DNA of 63,941 nucleotides, the filler included, from Deltaproteobacteria bacterium (GTDB taxonomy: Bacteria; JAUYMQ01), in assembly GCA_030698575.1 (NCBI GenBank). It is 12 parts of 12 records of this genome, joined end to end, with 100 filler letters (N's around TTAATTAATTAA, not from the genome) between each part and the next. Parts side by side here need not be neighbours in the genome. Positions count along the whole stretch, not along the records: positions 34,841 to 41,750 come from JAUYMQ010000045.1; positions 41,851 to 45,176 come from JAUYMQ010000046.1; positions 45,277 to 52,621 come from JAUYMQ010000048.1; 9 more parts are not named here. One strand, written 5' to 3'. The translations under genes were made by a program, and so were the position numbers. Shown here piece after piece: positions 38,982 to 49,020 of the stretch; position 1 is the first letter of the stretch, and every line of letters begins with the position of its first letter. The notes beneath the pieces are model-generated. The model was given only the letters and a program-made list of their open reading frames with translations. It did not search any database and was not told the origin of the DNA.

Positions 38982-39681
38982 TCAGGTGCCCTTGGGCTGG
39001 AACATCGCGCCCGCGATGCCCGCGGCGACGCTGAGTGGCAGGATGCGTGCCACGCCGGTGGAGGCCTTGTTCATGATCCCCGGAACGTGCGCGCGCTTCC
39101 CCTGCTTGGCGGCCGCGATCGCCTGTCGGACGACCTCCCCGGCGCTCATGTAGCTCATCTCGGGAACGTTATCGCTCACGCCCGCAACTTCCTGGAACTC
39201 CGTCCTCGTGGCGCCCGGGCAAAGCGCCAGCACACGCACGCCCTTCTTCGCGACCTCCGTCGCGAGCGCGCCTCCGAGAAGCTCAGGACGAAGGCCTTGG
39301 TCGCGCCATAGGTGGCCATGTAGGGCACCGGCACGAAGGAACCGACCGAGCCGAGGTTCACGATGTGCCCGCGTCCGCGGCTCGTCATGCCCGGGAGGTA
39401 GAGATGGCAGAGGGCCACGAGGTTCGAGATGTTGAGGCATATTTCTTTCAGTACCCGGTCTCCGCGAAAACCTCAGCGGAGGCGCCTTCCCGGCTCAGGT
39501 CCTTCGCGATCACGTGAGGCCGGACCGAGAATTCCTTTTCCAGATCTCCCGCGAGCGCATCGAGGCGTTCCCGCCTTCGCGCGACGAGTACGAGATCGCT
39601 GCACTCCGGCGCAAGCTGCCGGGCGAACTCGGCGCCGATGCCGCTGGATGCGCCCGTGATGAGGGCGATGCTGGCTGCCAT
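38982..39681 (-). pseudogene. Short-chain dehydrogenase with an internal deletion and a frameshift
   Basis: TGASSGIG N-terminus stops at 39448; NNAG segment missing; the YGATK segment and the LCPGATRTEF segment are in different frames (extra CG near 39266-39271). Confidence 0.8.
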
Positions 39682-39740
39682 GGCTTCATCCTCCTGGACT
39701 TACCCCGGGCCCGTCGCCTGGACCTGATTGGTCCGGGTCG

Positions 39741-40703
39741 TCAGACGGGTGAGTGATGGTTCCGGTAGTAAATCTTTCCGCAGGCATTTTGATGATGCCA
39801 GTAGGCGATGTGAAAGCGGGTGAGGTCCGGAATCCAGAACGATCCCGGATCGACTTGGTCGGACGGTTCCACCGCCTCGAGCATCACCTCGCCGAGGGCC
39901 AGTCCCGCACCCTCGTCCTGCTCTCGCCTCGCGACGACGCGTCCTCGCCCGTCGACGATCTTCGTCTCCCCCAGGAACCGGGCCACGTAAGGCAGGGAAA
40001 GATTGAGGCCCGGGAAGAGAGGAAATTGCCCCTTGAACCGACCCGCCTGGCCCGCGTGGATCACGGGAACTCCCAGAAGCCGCGCGAAGCGGATGGGCGC
40101 CTCGGCGGCAAACTCGCGATTGGCTCGCTCGACGCCGCCCAGCAGCCTCGGCAGCAGCGGCCAGTTCACCGGCCCCGTCCACCAGTTGCTGCCGGTCATG
40201 GCGAGTCGAATCTTTCCGCGAAGCCTTTCGACGGTTTGCGTCCGGACCAGCTCCCAGCAGACCGCGGCGCCGAGCCGGCCAATCTCGGTATCCATCACGC
40301 CGTCGTCCGACCCGCCGACGTAGAAAGCGTTCTCCCACATCGTGGGGATGTCCTTGTCGTGCGTGAAGACGGCGCCATCCGGCTGGACGAAGCAGTACGT
40401 ATTGAAGACATCCGCGCCCTTGCGCATGAGCATCGAGCCGCCGATGTAAGCGCCGTGGGCCCGGGCGAGCCGCTTCATCATCTCGAGGGCTGCGTTCTCC
40501 GGCGGCAGGGCGCACCGTGAGAGCCGCGCGTCGAAGGAAACGGGTGTCGTGAAGAACTCCGGAAGGCCAACGATCCGCGCCCCGCGCTCGAGGGCCTCAC
40601 CGGCGAGCTTCTCGGCCTGCTCCAGGTTGTAGGGGATGTCGGCGACACGGCCGTCCATCTGGACGGCGGCCACCCGAACGGGTTTCGAGACATCGAGCGC
40701 CAT
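39741..40703 (-). CDS. Carbon-nitrogen hydrolase (nitrilase superfamily)
   Basis: LPEFF (E), HDKDIP (K), VCWE (C) catalytic triad. Confidence 0.88.
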   Translation of the reverse strand: MALDVSKPVRVAAVQMDGRVADIPYNLEQAEKLAGEALERGARIVGLPEFFTTPVSFDARLSRCALPPENAALEMMKRLARAHGAYIGGSMLMRKGADVFNTYCFVQPDGAVFTHDKDIPTMWENAFYVGGSDDGVMDTEIGRLGAAVCWELVRTQTVERLRGKIRLAMTGSNWWTGPVNWPLLPRLLGGVERANREFAAEAPIRFARLLGVPVIHAGQAGRFKGQFPLFPGLNLSLPYVARFLGETKIVDGRGRVVARREQDEGAGLALGEVMLEAVEPSDQVDPGSFWIPDLTRFHIAYWHHQNACGKIYYRNHHSPV

Positions 40704-40819
40704 GTTGTTCCTCCCGCCGTTCTTCCTGCTCCTGGCAAGGCTTGATCCAAAATGCACGGAGAGTCAAGGCGGCAGCTTTACGCCTCCGGATTGCCATTCC
40801 GAGTGGGAGGCGGCATATA

Positions 40820-41234
40820 ATGCGCGCGCCTTCTACGCGCGCCTCCGGGAGCGACGTTTCTGCACGACTCGATGCGCGGAGTGCAGCGCGCTTTCCTTCC
40901 CGCCCCGCCCGGCCTGTCCCGCCTGCTCTGCGAGGGACGCGTCGCGGGGGCGCGGCGGATGGAATGGGTCGATCTCTCGGGACGGGGCTCGCTGCACGCC
41001 TTCTCGCAGAACTATCAGGCGCTCTTCTGCCCGAAACCCGATCTGATCGGGCTCGTCGATCTCGAGGAGGGGTGCGGGCGCGTGCTGAGTCGCATCGACG
41101 CCCCTTACGATGATTTGCGCATCGGGCAGCCTCTCCGGATGGATTTCCTGGAGCTTCCCGGCGGCCTCTTCCTCCACCAGTTCCTGCCTGACGCCCCAAC
41201 GACCAGGGGCCCCGTCCTTCGACGGAGCCCCTGA
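40820..41234 (+). pseudogene. DUF35 zinc-ribbon/OB-fold protein, frameshifted
   Basis: FYARLRERRFCTTRCAEC...FPPRPACPAC in one frame and MEWVDLSGRG...GLVDLEEG..RVLSRI...LRIGQPL in another; shift near 40930-40957; start uncertain. Confidence 0.75.
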
Positions 41235-41302
41235 ACGAAGCCTTGCGAGTGATCTCTGCCGGGACACCCTCCCGTGGTGGGGTGATCCCGATACTTTTCT
41301 TG

Positions 41303-41750
41303 TCAGGCCTTCCGCAGCCGCTTCCGCCCGAAGCCCGCAAGGTGCGCCAGGCCCGTGCCGAGCAGAAGCAGCGTGGCGGGCTCGGGAATGTTCTGGGGCG
41401 GGAATTCGCCGTCCGGCGGAGCGTAGTCGCTGCCCTCACCGTTCGTCCCCACGCCCTGGAACCGGACGATGAAGCCCTCGGAGCCAGCCTCGTTGCTCTT
41501 TCCTTCCGAGAGGAGGGCGAGGAAGCTGTTGATGTTCAGCATGTCGAGGTCGGTTCCGGTGATGCCGAAGACGAAGGTGCCCTTGAAGCCGGGGTCGATT
41601 CCCTCGCTCGGCTTCCCGCCGTTGATGTTCTCCTTCTCCTCGGCGCCGCCCATGCCGCTGGCCTGCGCCTGCGCCACGGCGAGTTCCGCAATGTCCATCT
41701 TGGCGAGTGCTTTTTCGAGCTTCTGGAGGGCCTTCGCCATCCCCTTCTCG
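41303..41750 (-). CDS. PEP-CTERM sorting-domain protein, 5' truncated
   Basis: C-terminal IPEPATLLLLGTGLAHLAGFGRKRLRKA. Confidence 0.88.
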
Positions 41751-41850
41751 NNNNNNNNNNNNNNNNNNNNNNNNNNNNNNNNNNNNNNNNNNNNTTAATT
41801 AATTAANNNNNNNNNNNNNNNNNNNNNNNNNNNNNNNNNNNNNNNNNNNN

Positions 41851-42180
41851 CATCGGCCCCCCGAGATCCTGATCGCCGGCGTCGACGAGCTGCCGGCAGC
41901 GCGCCTTCGCCTTGACGTCCTTCGGGTAGAGCGGCGTTTCGGGGTAGGCCTCATCCAGGTACTCGAGCACGAGGCTCGACTCGTAGACCACCGTGTCGTC
42001 GTCGATGAGTGTGGGAACCTTGCCGCGAGGATTGGCGGCAAGAAACTCGGCGGGTTTGTCCATCGTTCCGTCGGGCTTGCTGGGAATTGAGATTTTCTCG
42101 AAGGTCAGGCCCTTCTCGTAGAGCGCGATCCGTGCCTTGCGCGCCCAGGGTGAGAGGGCAATCGAATAGAGCTTCAGCAT
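41851..42180 (-). CDS. Glutathione S-transferase family protein, 3' truncated
   Basis: SPWARKARIALYEKG, NPRGKVPTL, YESSLVLEYLDEAYP. Confidence 0.92.
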
Positions 42181-42308
42181 CCAGATTTCTCCTCGCAAAG
42201 GGCCGCCCGCGCACAATTCTATCATCGCGCCCTTCCGCCGGCCACGCATGACCCATGCCAATGAAGCGCATTCAGCGCAGGCCATTGGCGGCGTGCGGGC
42301 TGCCGGGG

Positions 42309-42370
42309 GATTGCTTCGTCGCTTCGCTCCTCGCAATGACATGCGCGGGGGCTGCTCGCAATGACATGCG
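42309..42370. repeat. REP-like extragenic element (GTCATTGCGAGGAGCGAAGCGACGAAGCAATC family)
   Basis: Reverse copy plus a partial second copy; same unit at 44857 and 52535. Confidence 0.8.
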
Positions 42371-42686
42371 GGGGGAGGCCGGAGATTGATTACGATTCAG
42401 TCCGGGCGATTTCGACTGCACGCACGAAACTGGCACGGCACTTGCTTTCTCATGGGATCGTGTTGGCTGATTGCCCGCGGCGCCCCGGACCCCCTGGGAG
42501 CGTCGCGGGTGGGACCACCTCCGACACTTCGGGGGAGGCAACCGGGAAAACGAGAATACTCTGGCCGGTGACAACCACTTCCGCCCCTCCGGACAGGGAA
42601 TTTCGATGAAAGTTCCAGGTTGCCATCTCCGTTGCGCGAAACCGGCCTCGGGTTGCTAGGGCTCGAAGCCGGTCACACGACCAGGC

Positions 42687-42723
42687 AACCGCCCGGCGAA
42701 AGTCGCTGGGCGGTTTCCTTTTG
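42687..42723 (+). terminator. Intrinsic terminator-like hairpin
   Basis: AACCGCCCGGCG-AAAGT-CGCTGGGCGGTT followed by TCCTTTTG. Confidence 0.55.
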
Positions 42724-42974
42724 TGTTCTCACCCTCCAAATCACGCCGCTTGCAGCCTGCCGTTTGAAGCATGACGCCTGGCGTTATCGGCATCCCTTGC
42801 GCCACGCGATTCCCCCTCGCTTGCGGCCGGGAAGGCCTTTGGTTTAGTCTGCCTACCTCGCTGCGCCCCCGGCCCGGATCTCCTGAAATTCCATCAGGGG
42901 TGACACAGGCGCGTGCAGGGCGAGCCCCTTTCTTCCAATTAACCCAAGGTTCTGGCCTCGAAGGAGCGATACCC

Positions 42975-43538
42975 ATGATCGAGACATCCCGGCGCATGGC
43001 CCCTGCCCGGCTCTTCGGCACGCTTGTGATCGCCCTGGCGTTCCTGATGGCCGCCGGTTGCGGCCCCGATGAGAAGGACATGATCAAGCAGGCGAAGAAA
43101 GTCGACTCCAAGTTCCAGCAGGCCTTCTCCGAAGAAAACGTGGAAGCGCTCATGGAACTCTACTGGAACGACCCCGCTGTCGTTCTGGTTCCGATCGGAG
43201 GTCCCATCATTACGGGGCCGGACGGTATCCGGAAGAATTTCCAGGAGTTTTTCGACGGGACGAATGTGAAGAGCATGTCCTTCCGCGGACAGAAGTACGC
43301 GGCGCTGGGTGACGCGGTCATCGGCTGGGGCACCTTCAAGGTCGTAACCGATCCCTCGATAGGACCGGCTGCCACGATGGAGGGGCGGTACAGTGAGATC
43401 GTCGCCAAGCGCGACGGCAAGTGGGTCTACATCCACGACAACGCCTCGGTCGCGATGACCCCCGACGAGGGCAACGCATCGGTGCGATCCGTCGAGATGC
43501 CGGTGCCCGAGTCCGCACCCGAGAAGCCCAAAAAGTAG
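42975..43538 (+). CDS. SnoaL/NTF2-like (DUF4440-like) lipoprotein
   Basis: Lipobox AAGC; ALMELYWND, GRYSEIVAKRDGKWVYIHDNAS; AAGGAG RBS. Confidence 0.8.
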   Translation: MIETSRRMAPARLFGTLVIALAFLMAAGCGPDEKDMIKQAKKVDSKFQQAFSEENVEALMELYWNDPAVVLVPIGGPIITGPDGIRKNFQEFFDGTNVKSMSFRGQKYAALGDAVIGWGTFKVVTDPSIGPAATMEGRYSEIVAKRDGKWVYIHDNASVAMTPDEGNASVRSVEMPVPESAPEKPKK

Positions 43539-43575
43539 TCCGCGTGAGACCGGAGAGTGGCGAAATCGAGCTGGC

Positions 43576-44343
43576 ATGAAAGTCATCCCTATCCCCTGCC
43601 TGAGCGACAACTACGCCTACCTCCTCGTCGATGAAGCGACGGGGGCCGCGGCTGTGGTCGACGCCTCCGAGGCCGGTCCCGTGCGCGAAGCCATCGCGCG
43701 CGAGAAGGTCGAGGTGGGCGCTATCCTTTCGACGCACCATCATTTCGATCACGTTGGGGGGAACGAAGAGCTCGCCGGGGAGCTGGGTGTGCCGGTCTAC
43801 GGCGGCGCGAAGGACGAGGGGAGGCTGCCCGGCCTCACCAATCCGGTCGTGCACGGCGACACCGTGAAGGTCGGCTCGGCCCAGGCGCGGGTCCTGCACA
43901 TTCCCGGCCACACGCTCGGGCACGTCGCCTACGCCTTCGACGGGCACGTGTTCACCGGCGACACGCTCTTCTTCGCCGGCTGCGGGCGGCTCTTCGAAGG
44001 GACGCCCGAAATGATGCTGGAGTCGCTCGAGAAGAAGCTCGGCGGCCTGCCGGACGACACCCGCGTCTACTGCGGCCACGAGTACACCGCCAAGAACCTC
44101 GAGTTCGCGCTGCACGTCGAGCCTGGCAACGAGGCGGCCCGCAAGGCCCTCGCGGAGGTTCAGGCCAAGCGCAAGGCGGGCAATCCGTCGATCCCCTCGA
44201 CGATCGGCCTCGAGAAGGCCGTGAACCCCTTCATGCGCTCGGCCAGCCCCGAGATCCAGGCGATGGTGCGCGGGAAGCATCCCGACGCCCGTGATCAGGT
44301 GAGCGTCTTCGCCCGCGTGCGCGAGATGAAGGACAACTTCTAG
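43576..44343 (+). CDS. gloB: Hydroxyacylglutathione hydrolase (glyoxalase II)
   Basis: SDNYAYL, THHHFDHVGG, PGHTLGH, FTGDTLFFAGCGRLFEG, CGHEYT, NPFMR. Confidence 0.95.
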   Translation: MKVIPIPCLSDNYAYLLVDEATGAAAVVDASEAGPVREAIAREKVEVGAILSTHHHFDHVGGNEELAGELGVPVYGGAKDEGRLPGLTNPVVHGDTVKVGSAQARVLHIPGHTLGHVAYAFDGHVFTGDTLFFAGCGRLFEGTPEMMLESLEKKLGGLPDDTRVYCGHEYTAKNLEFALHVEPGNEAARKALAEVQAKRKAGNPSIPSTIGLEKAVNPFMRSASPEIQAMVRGKHPDARDQVSVFARVREMKDNF

Positions 44344-44368
44344 ACCGCCCTCCCGCCGGACCCCGCCC

Positions 44369-44851
44369 ATGGCCGCACAGAAAACAATCGATACGAAGTC
44401 GAAACCGCCCCGGAAATCCTCCTCGAAATCCCGCGCCGCGAAGGGCAGGAAGGCAAGTCAACGCCCCGCGTCGGCGCTGCTGGAGGTAGCCGCGACCTGG
44501 CCGTTCGTTTCACGCAAGTACATGTTCGGCTGCAATGTGCTGCTCGGCAACGGCCGGCTCTTTTTCCTCGAGATGGACGATTCCATCGTGCTGCGCGTCG
44601 GGAAGGATCATCTCGAGAAAGCGCTGCGCGTCCGCGGCACCAAGTTGTGGAACCCCTGGACACCGGGCGCGCCCGGCGACTGGGTGAGCTTCCCACCCTC
44701 TCGCCGGCAGATCCCGAGGCCGCTTGCCGCGTGGGCGCGCACCGCCTACGAGGCCTCCCTTCAGCGAAAGCCTCCGCCGAAGAAGCGCCTTCGCGGCTCG
44801 CGCCCCGCGGGAGCCCGCAGTAACCGCCGCGCCGATCGCAACGGGAAATAG
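44369..44851 (+). CDS. TfoX/Sxy N-terminal-like domain protein
   Basis: RKYMFGC..LL.NGRLF...IVLRV...DWV pattern. Confidence 0.6.
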   Translation: MAAQKTIDTKSKPPRKSSSKSRAAKGRKASQRPASALLEVAATWPFVSRKYMFGCNVLLGNGRLFFLEMDDSIVLRVGKDHLEKALRVRGTKLWNPWTPGAPGDWVSFPPSRRQIPRPLAAWARTAYEASLQRKPPPKKRLRGSRPAGARSNRRADRNGK

Positions 44852-44856
44852 CCTCC

Positions 44857-44994
44857 CGCATGTCATTGCGAGGAGCGAAGCGACGAAGCAATCCCCCTCG
44901 CTAATGCCCCTTCAACCTGCTGCGAAGGGCAAAGGTGCCGAACGCGCAGGAGATTGCTTCGTCGAGCCTGTGGCCCTCCTCGCAATGACATGCG
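44857..44994. repeat. Inverted pair of REP-like elements (REPIN-like)
   Basis: CGCATGTCATTGCGAGGAG...GAAGCAATC ... GATTGCTTCGTCG...CTCCTCGCAATGACATGCG. Confidence 0.8.
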
Positions 44995-45276
44995 CAGTCC
45001 TCTTCCGACGGGAAATTTGACACCCGTTGGCCGGGCGCATAGTCTGAACCGTCCCCGCACGGGCGCACCCCCGCCCCGCCTCCCCAGTCAGGAGCGACAC
45101 ACGGTGGATACAAATTTCGAGGCCCAGATCGAAAAGGAGCTTGCGGCCTACAAGCCCTCCTGGCGGCCCGATCATCNNNNNNNNNNNNNNNNNNNNNNNN
45201 NNNNNNNNNNNNNNNNNNNNTTAATTAATTAANNNNNNNNNNNNNNNNNNNNNNNNNNNNNNNNNNNNNNNNNNNN

Positions 45277-45895
45277 CTTCTCCGGCACCATAGGGAGGCG
45301 GCGCGTGAGCCCGGGCGCCGTCATCGAGCCCGGTGACGATCTGGCCAATTTCGAGCTCATCAACCCGCTCACTCTCAACTTCGAGGTTCCGGAGCGCTAC
45401 CTTCCCGGCGTCCGGACCGGGCAGCCGGTGAAGCTGAAGGTCGTGGCTTTCCCGGGCAGGGACTTCAAGGGAACGGTCTATTTCATCGATCCTCGCGTGA
45501 GCGCGGCCAGCCGCTCCGTTACCGTCAAGGCTCTTGTTCCCAACCCGGAGCTCGTCCTTCGGGCTGGGATGTTCGCCAACACGCGATTGGTCATCGAGGA
45601 GAGGGATGAGGCCATCACCGTCCCGGAGCAGTCGCTCGTACCGCAGGGGGATCAGCAGTTCGTCTTTCGTGTGAAGCCCGACTCGACGGTCGAACTCATT
45701 CCCGTCCAGACCGGGATCCGCGAGGCCGGCGTGGTGGAGATCGCGCAGGGGCTCGCTGGTGGTGACACTGTCGTGGTCTCGGGCCACCAGAAGATCGGGC
45801 CGGGCAGCAAGGTCATGCCCTTCGGCACTCCGCCGCCCGGCAAAGCTCCGGCCGCAGGCGAAGGCACCGACGCGAAGCCGGGGGATAGCGCGTGA
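45277..45895 (+). CDS. RND efflux membrane fusion protein, 5' truncated
   Basis: FEVPERYL, IDPRV...SRSVTVKA, LRAGMFA, GLAGGDTVVVSG; GTGA overlap with the permease. Confidence 0.9.
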
Positions 45896-48800
45896 AGCTC
45901 TCCGAGACAGCCATCCGGAGACCGGTTCTCGCCTCGGTCATGAGCATCATCATCGTGCTCTTCGGAATGATCGCCCTCTTCCGCCTCCCCGTCCGACAGT
46001 ACCCCGACGTCGATCCGCCCATCGTCTCCGTCACGACCATCTATCCGGGCGCCAACCCCCGCGTGGTCGAGACCGAGGTGACCGAACCGCTCGAGGAGCA
46101 GATCAACGGCATCGAGGGAATCCGCACGCTCGTCTCGCAGTCTCGCGAGCAGGTCTCGACGATCACGGTCGAGTTCACCCTCGATCGCGACGTGGACGTG
46201 GCGGCGCAGGACGTGCGCGATCGCGTCCTTCGGACGCGCAACCAGCTTCCGAACAGTATCGAAGAACCCATCATCGCCAAGCAGGACGCCGACGCGAGCC
46301 CCATCATGTGGATCGGCCTCTCGGGGGCGCGCTACACAGCGCTTGATCTCACCGACTACGCGGACAACGTGGTCAAGGAGCGGCTCGAGATCCTCCCCGG
46401 CGTTTCCTCCATCATCATCGGGGGGGAACGGAAGTACGCCATGCGGCTCTGGATCGACGCGGAGAAGCTGGCGGCCTATCAGCTGACGGTGGCGGATGTC
46501 TCGGAAGCGCTCCGGCGCGAGAACGTTGACATTCCGTCGGGCCGCATCGAAGGGATCGATCGCGAATTCACCGTCAGGACCCTGGGCGAAATGCGCAGCG
46601 CCGAAGAGTTCAATGCGATGATCATTGCGAACCGCGATGGGCAACCCATCCGGATTCGCGACGTGGGGAACGCGGAGCTGGGCGCGGAGGACGACCGCAA
46701 TCTCGTGCGCTTCAACGGGAAGCCCGCCGTCGGCCTCGGCGTGGTGAAGCAGTCGAAGGCCAACAGCATCGAGGTGGCGAAGAACGTCAAGAAGGCCGTG
46801 GAGCAAACCCGAAGCATCCTCCCTACCGGCCTCGAAATGGTCGTCGCCTTCGATTCCTCTATTTTCATCGAGGACTCGATCAGGGAGGTCAAGAACACGC
46901 TCCTGCTGGCGGGGTTCCTCGTTATCCTGGTCATCTTCCTCTTCCTGCGCACGCTGCGCGGCACGCTCATCCCCGCCATCACGATCCCGGTGTCGGTCAT
47001 CGGCACCTTCACGATGCTTTACGCCCTCGACTATACGATCAACATCATCACGCTCCTGGGCCTGACCCTGTCCATCGGCCTGGTGGTGGACGATGCCATC
47101 ATTGTCCTCGAGAACATCTACCGGCGAGTCGAGGCGGGGCAGCACCCCATGAAGGCGGCCCTCGACGGAATGCGCGAGATCGGGTTCGCCGTCATTGCCA
47201 CGACCGTGGCGCTCGTTGCTGTGTTTACACCGCTGGCCTTCATGACTGGGACCACGGGGCGATTGTTTCGCGAGTTCGGGGTGACTCTCTCCGTGGCGGT
47301 GATCATCTCCACCTTCGTGGCCCTGACTCTGTCTCCCGCGCTCTCCGCGCGGATCCTCAAGAAAAGTGCGCGACACGGCCGGTTCTACACGGGACTCGAG
47401 CGGGGTTTCGTGGCGACGGCCGACGCCTACCAGCGGCTCCTTCGCAGGGCAGTTTCACACCCCGCGCTGATGATGACCGTCGCCGGAATCTGGATCGGCC
47501 TCGCTGTCTTTCTCGTCAGGGTGATCCCGCGGGAGTTCATCCCGTCGGCGGATAGCGGCTCGCTCTTCGTCTTCGCCCAGGCGCCCGAGGGATCAACCCT
47601 CGAATACACCAACCGCTACATGCATCAGGCAGAGGCCGTCATGCAGGCCCAGCCGGAGATCGACAAGCTGTTCAGTGTGATCGCCCTGGGCCTGAACACG
47701 CCGGGGGAAGTGAACTCCGGCGCGATGTTCGCCATGCTCAAGCCCCGTGACCAGCGCGAGCGATCGAGCCAGCAAATCGTGCAGGAACTTTTCCCGATGA
47801 TGATGGGCATCCCGGGCATGCTCGCCTTTCCCATCAACCCGCCGTCGCTGGGACAGAGCTTTCTGTCTCAGCCGGTCGAGTTCGTGATCCAGGGGCCGAA
47901 CCTGAGCGAACTGGCCCAGATTAACGGGGCCGTCCTCGGGGAGGCGTTCGGGATTCCAGGGCTCATCAACGTCGATTCCGATCTCAAGCTAAACAAGCCC
48001 GAGCTCGAGGTGGAGATTGATCGGAATCGCGCGAGCGACCTCGGCGTTTCCGTGCGCGACGTTGCGACGACGCTCCAGATCCTGCTCGGGGGCGAACATC
48101 TCTCCGATTTCAAGCGGGGCGCCAAACAATACGAGGTGAAGGTCCAGCTCCGGGACTTTGATCGCGTCACGCCCTCCGATCTCGAGCGTCTCTACGTGCG
48201 CGGCGCCGGCGGCCAGGTGGTGCAGCTCTCGAGCCTCCTGAAGGTCAAGGAGAGTGTCGCCCCCCGCCAGCTCAATCACTACCAGCGCCAGCGCGCGGCC
48301 AAGATCACGGGAAGCGTTGCGCCGGGCTTCGCGCTTGGAGGCATCCTCGACCAACTCCAGGCCATCGCCGACAAGCACCTCCGGCCCGGCTTCTCGACGG
48401 CGCTGGCGGGACAATCCCGGGAGTTCAAGGAATCGGCCAACGCCCTCTACTTCGCCTTTCTCCTTTCGATCATAGTCATCTACCTGACGCTCTCGGCCCA
48501 GTTTGAAAGCTTCCTTCACCCCCTCACAATCCTGTTCACCGTCCCTCTGGCCGTGACGGGCGCCTTCGTCGGACTGATAGTGACTGGAAATACGCTGAAC
48601 CTGTTCAGCGAGATCGGCCTGGTGATGCTCACCGGTCTCGTTACGAAGAACGCCATTCTGATCGTTGAATTCGCCAACCAGCTTCGCACGCAGGGAAGCT
48701 CGCTCATCGACGCGACTGTCGAGGCCTGCAGGCTGCGGTTCCGCCCCATTCTCATGACGACGGTGTCGACGATCTTCGGCACCCTCCCCATCGCCCTTGG

Positions 48801-49020
48801 TCTGGGCGCCGGCGGCGAGAGCCGCGCCCCGATGGGTGTCGCGGTCATCGGCGGACTCTTCTTCTCCGCCCTGATCTCGCTCCTGGCGGTGCCGGTGGTC
48901 TACATCCTCCTCGACAACCTTTCATCTTTTGTAGCCGGAAGGGCGGCCGATCGGAAAGTTGCCGGCGGGCTCTTCCCGGCGACGCCCCCCCGCCCAGGAG
49001 GCTCCTCAGATGGCGGTTAG
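45892..49020 (+). CDS. RND efflux permease (AcrB/MdtBC family)
   Basis: 1042 aa; IRRPVLA, GLVVDDAIIVLENI, TKNAILIVEFA, RFRPILMT. Confidence 0.96.
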   Translation: MKLSETAIRRPVLASVMSIIIVLFGMIALFRLPVRQYPDVDPPIVSVTTIYPGANPRVVETEVTEPLEEQINGIEGIRTLVSQSREQVSTITVEFTLDRDVDVAAQDVRDRVLRTRNQLPNSIEEPIIAKQDADASPIMWIGLSGARYTALDLTDYADNVVKERLEILPGVSSIIIGGERKYAMRLWIDAEKLAAYQLTVADVSEALRRENVDIPSGRIEGIDREFTVRTLGEMRSAEEFNAMIIANRDGQPIRIRDVGNAELGAEDDRNLVRFNGKPAVGLGVVKQSKANSIEVAKNVKKAVEQTRSILPTGLEMVVAFDSSIFIEDSIREVKNTLLLAGFLVILVIFLFLRTLRGTLIPAITIPVSVIGTFTMLYALDYTINIITLLGLTLSIGLVVDDAIIVLENIYRRVEAGQHPMKAALDGMREIGFAVIATTVALVAVFTPLAFMTGTTGRLFREFGVTLSVAVIISTFVALTLSPALSARILKKSARHGRFYTGLERGFVATADAYQRLLRRAVSHPALMMTVAGIWIGLAVFLVRVIPREFIPSADSGSLFVFAQAPEGSTLEYTNRYMHQAEAVMQAQPEIDKLFSVIALGLNTPGEVNSGAMFAMLKPRDQRERSSQQIVQELFPMMMGIPGMLAFPINPPSLGQSFLSQPVEFVIQGPNLSELAQINGAVLGEAFGIPGLINVDSDLKLNKPELEVEIDRNRASDLGVSVRDVATTLQILLGGEHLSDFKRGAKQYEVKVQLRDFDRVTPSDLERLYVRGAGGQVVQLSSLLKVKESVAPRQLNHYQRQRAAKITGSVAPGFALGGILDQLQAIADKHLRPGFSTALAGQSREFKESANALYFAFLLSIIVIYLTLSAQFESFLHPLTILFTVPLAVTGAFVGLIVTGNTLNLFSEIGLVMLTGLVTKNAILIVEFANQLRTQGSSLIDATVEACRLRFRPILMTTVSTIFGTLPIALGLGAGGESRAPMGVAVIGGLFFSALISLLAVPVVYILLDNLSSFVAGRAADRKVAGGLFPATPPRPGGSSDGG

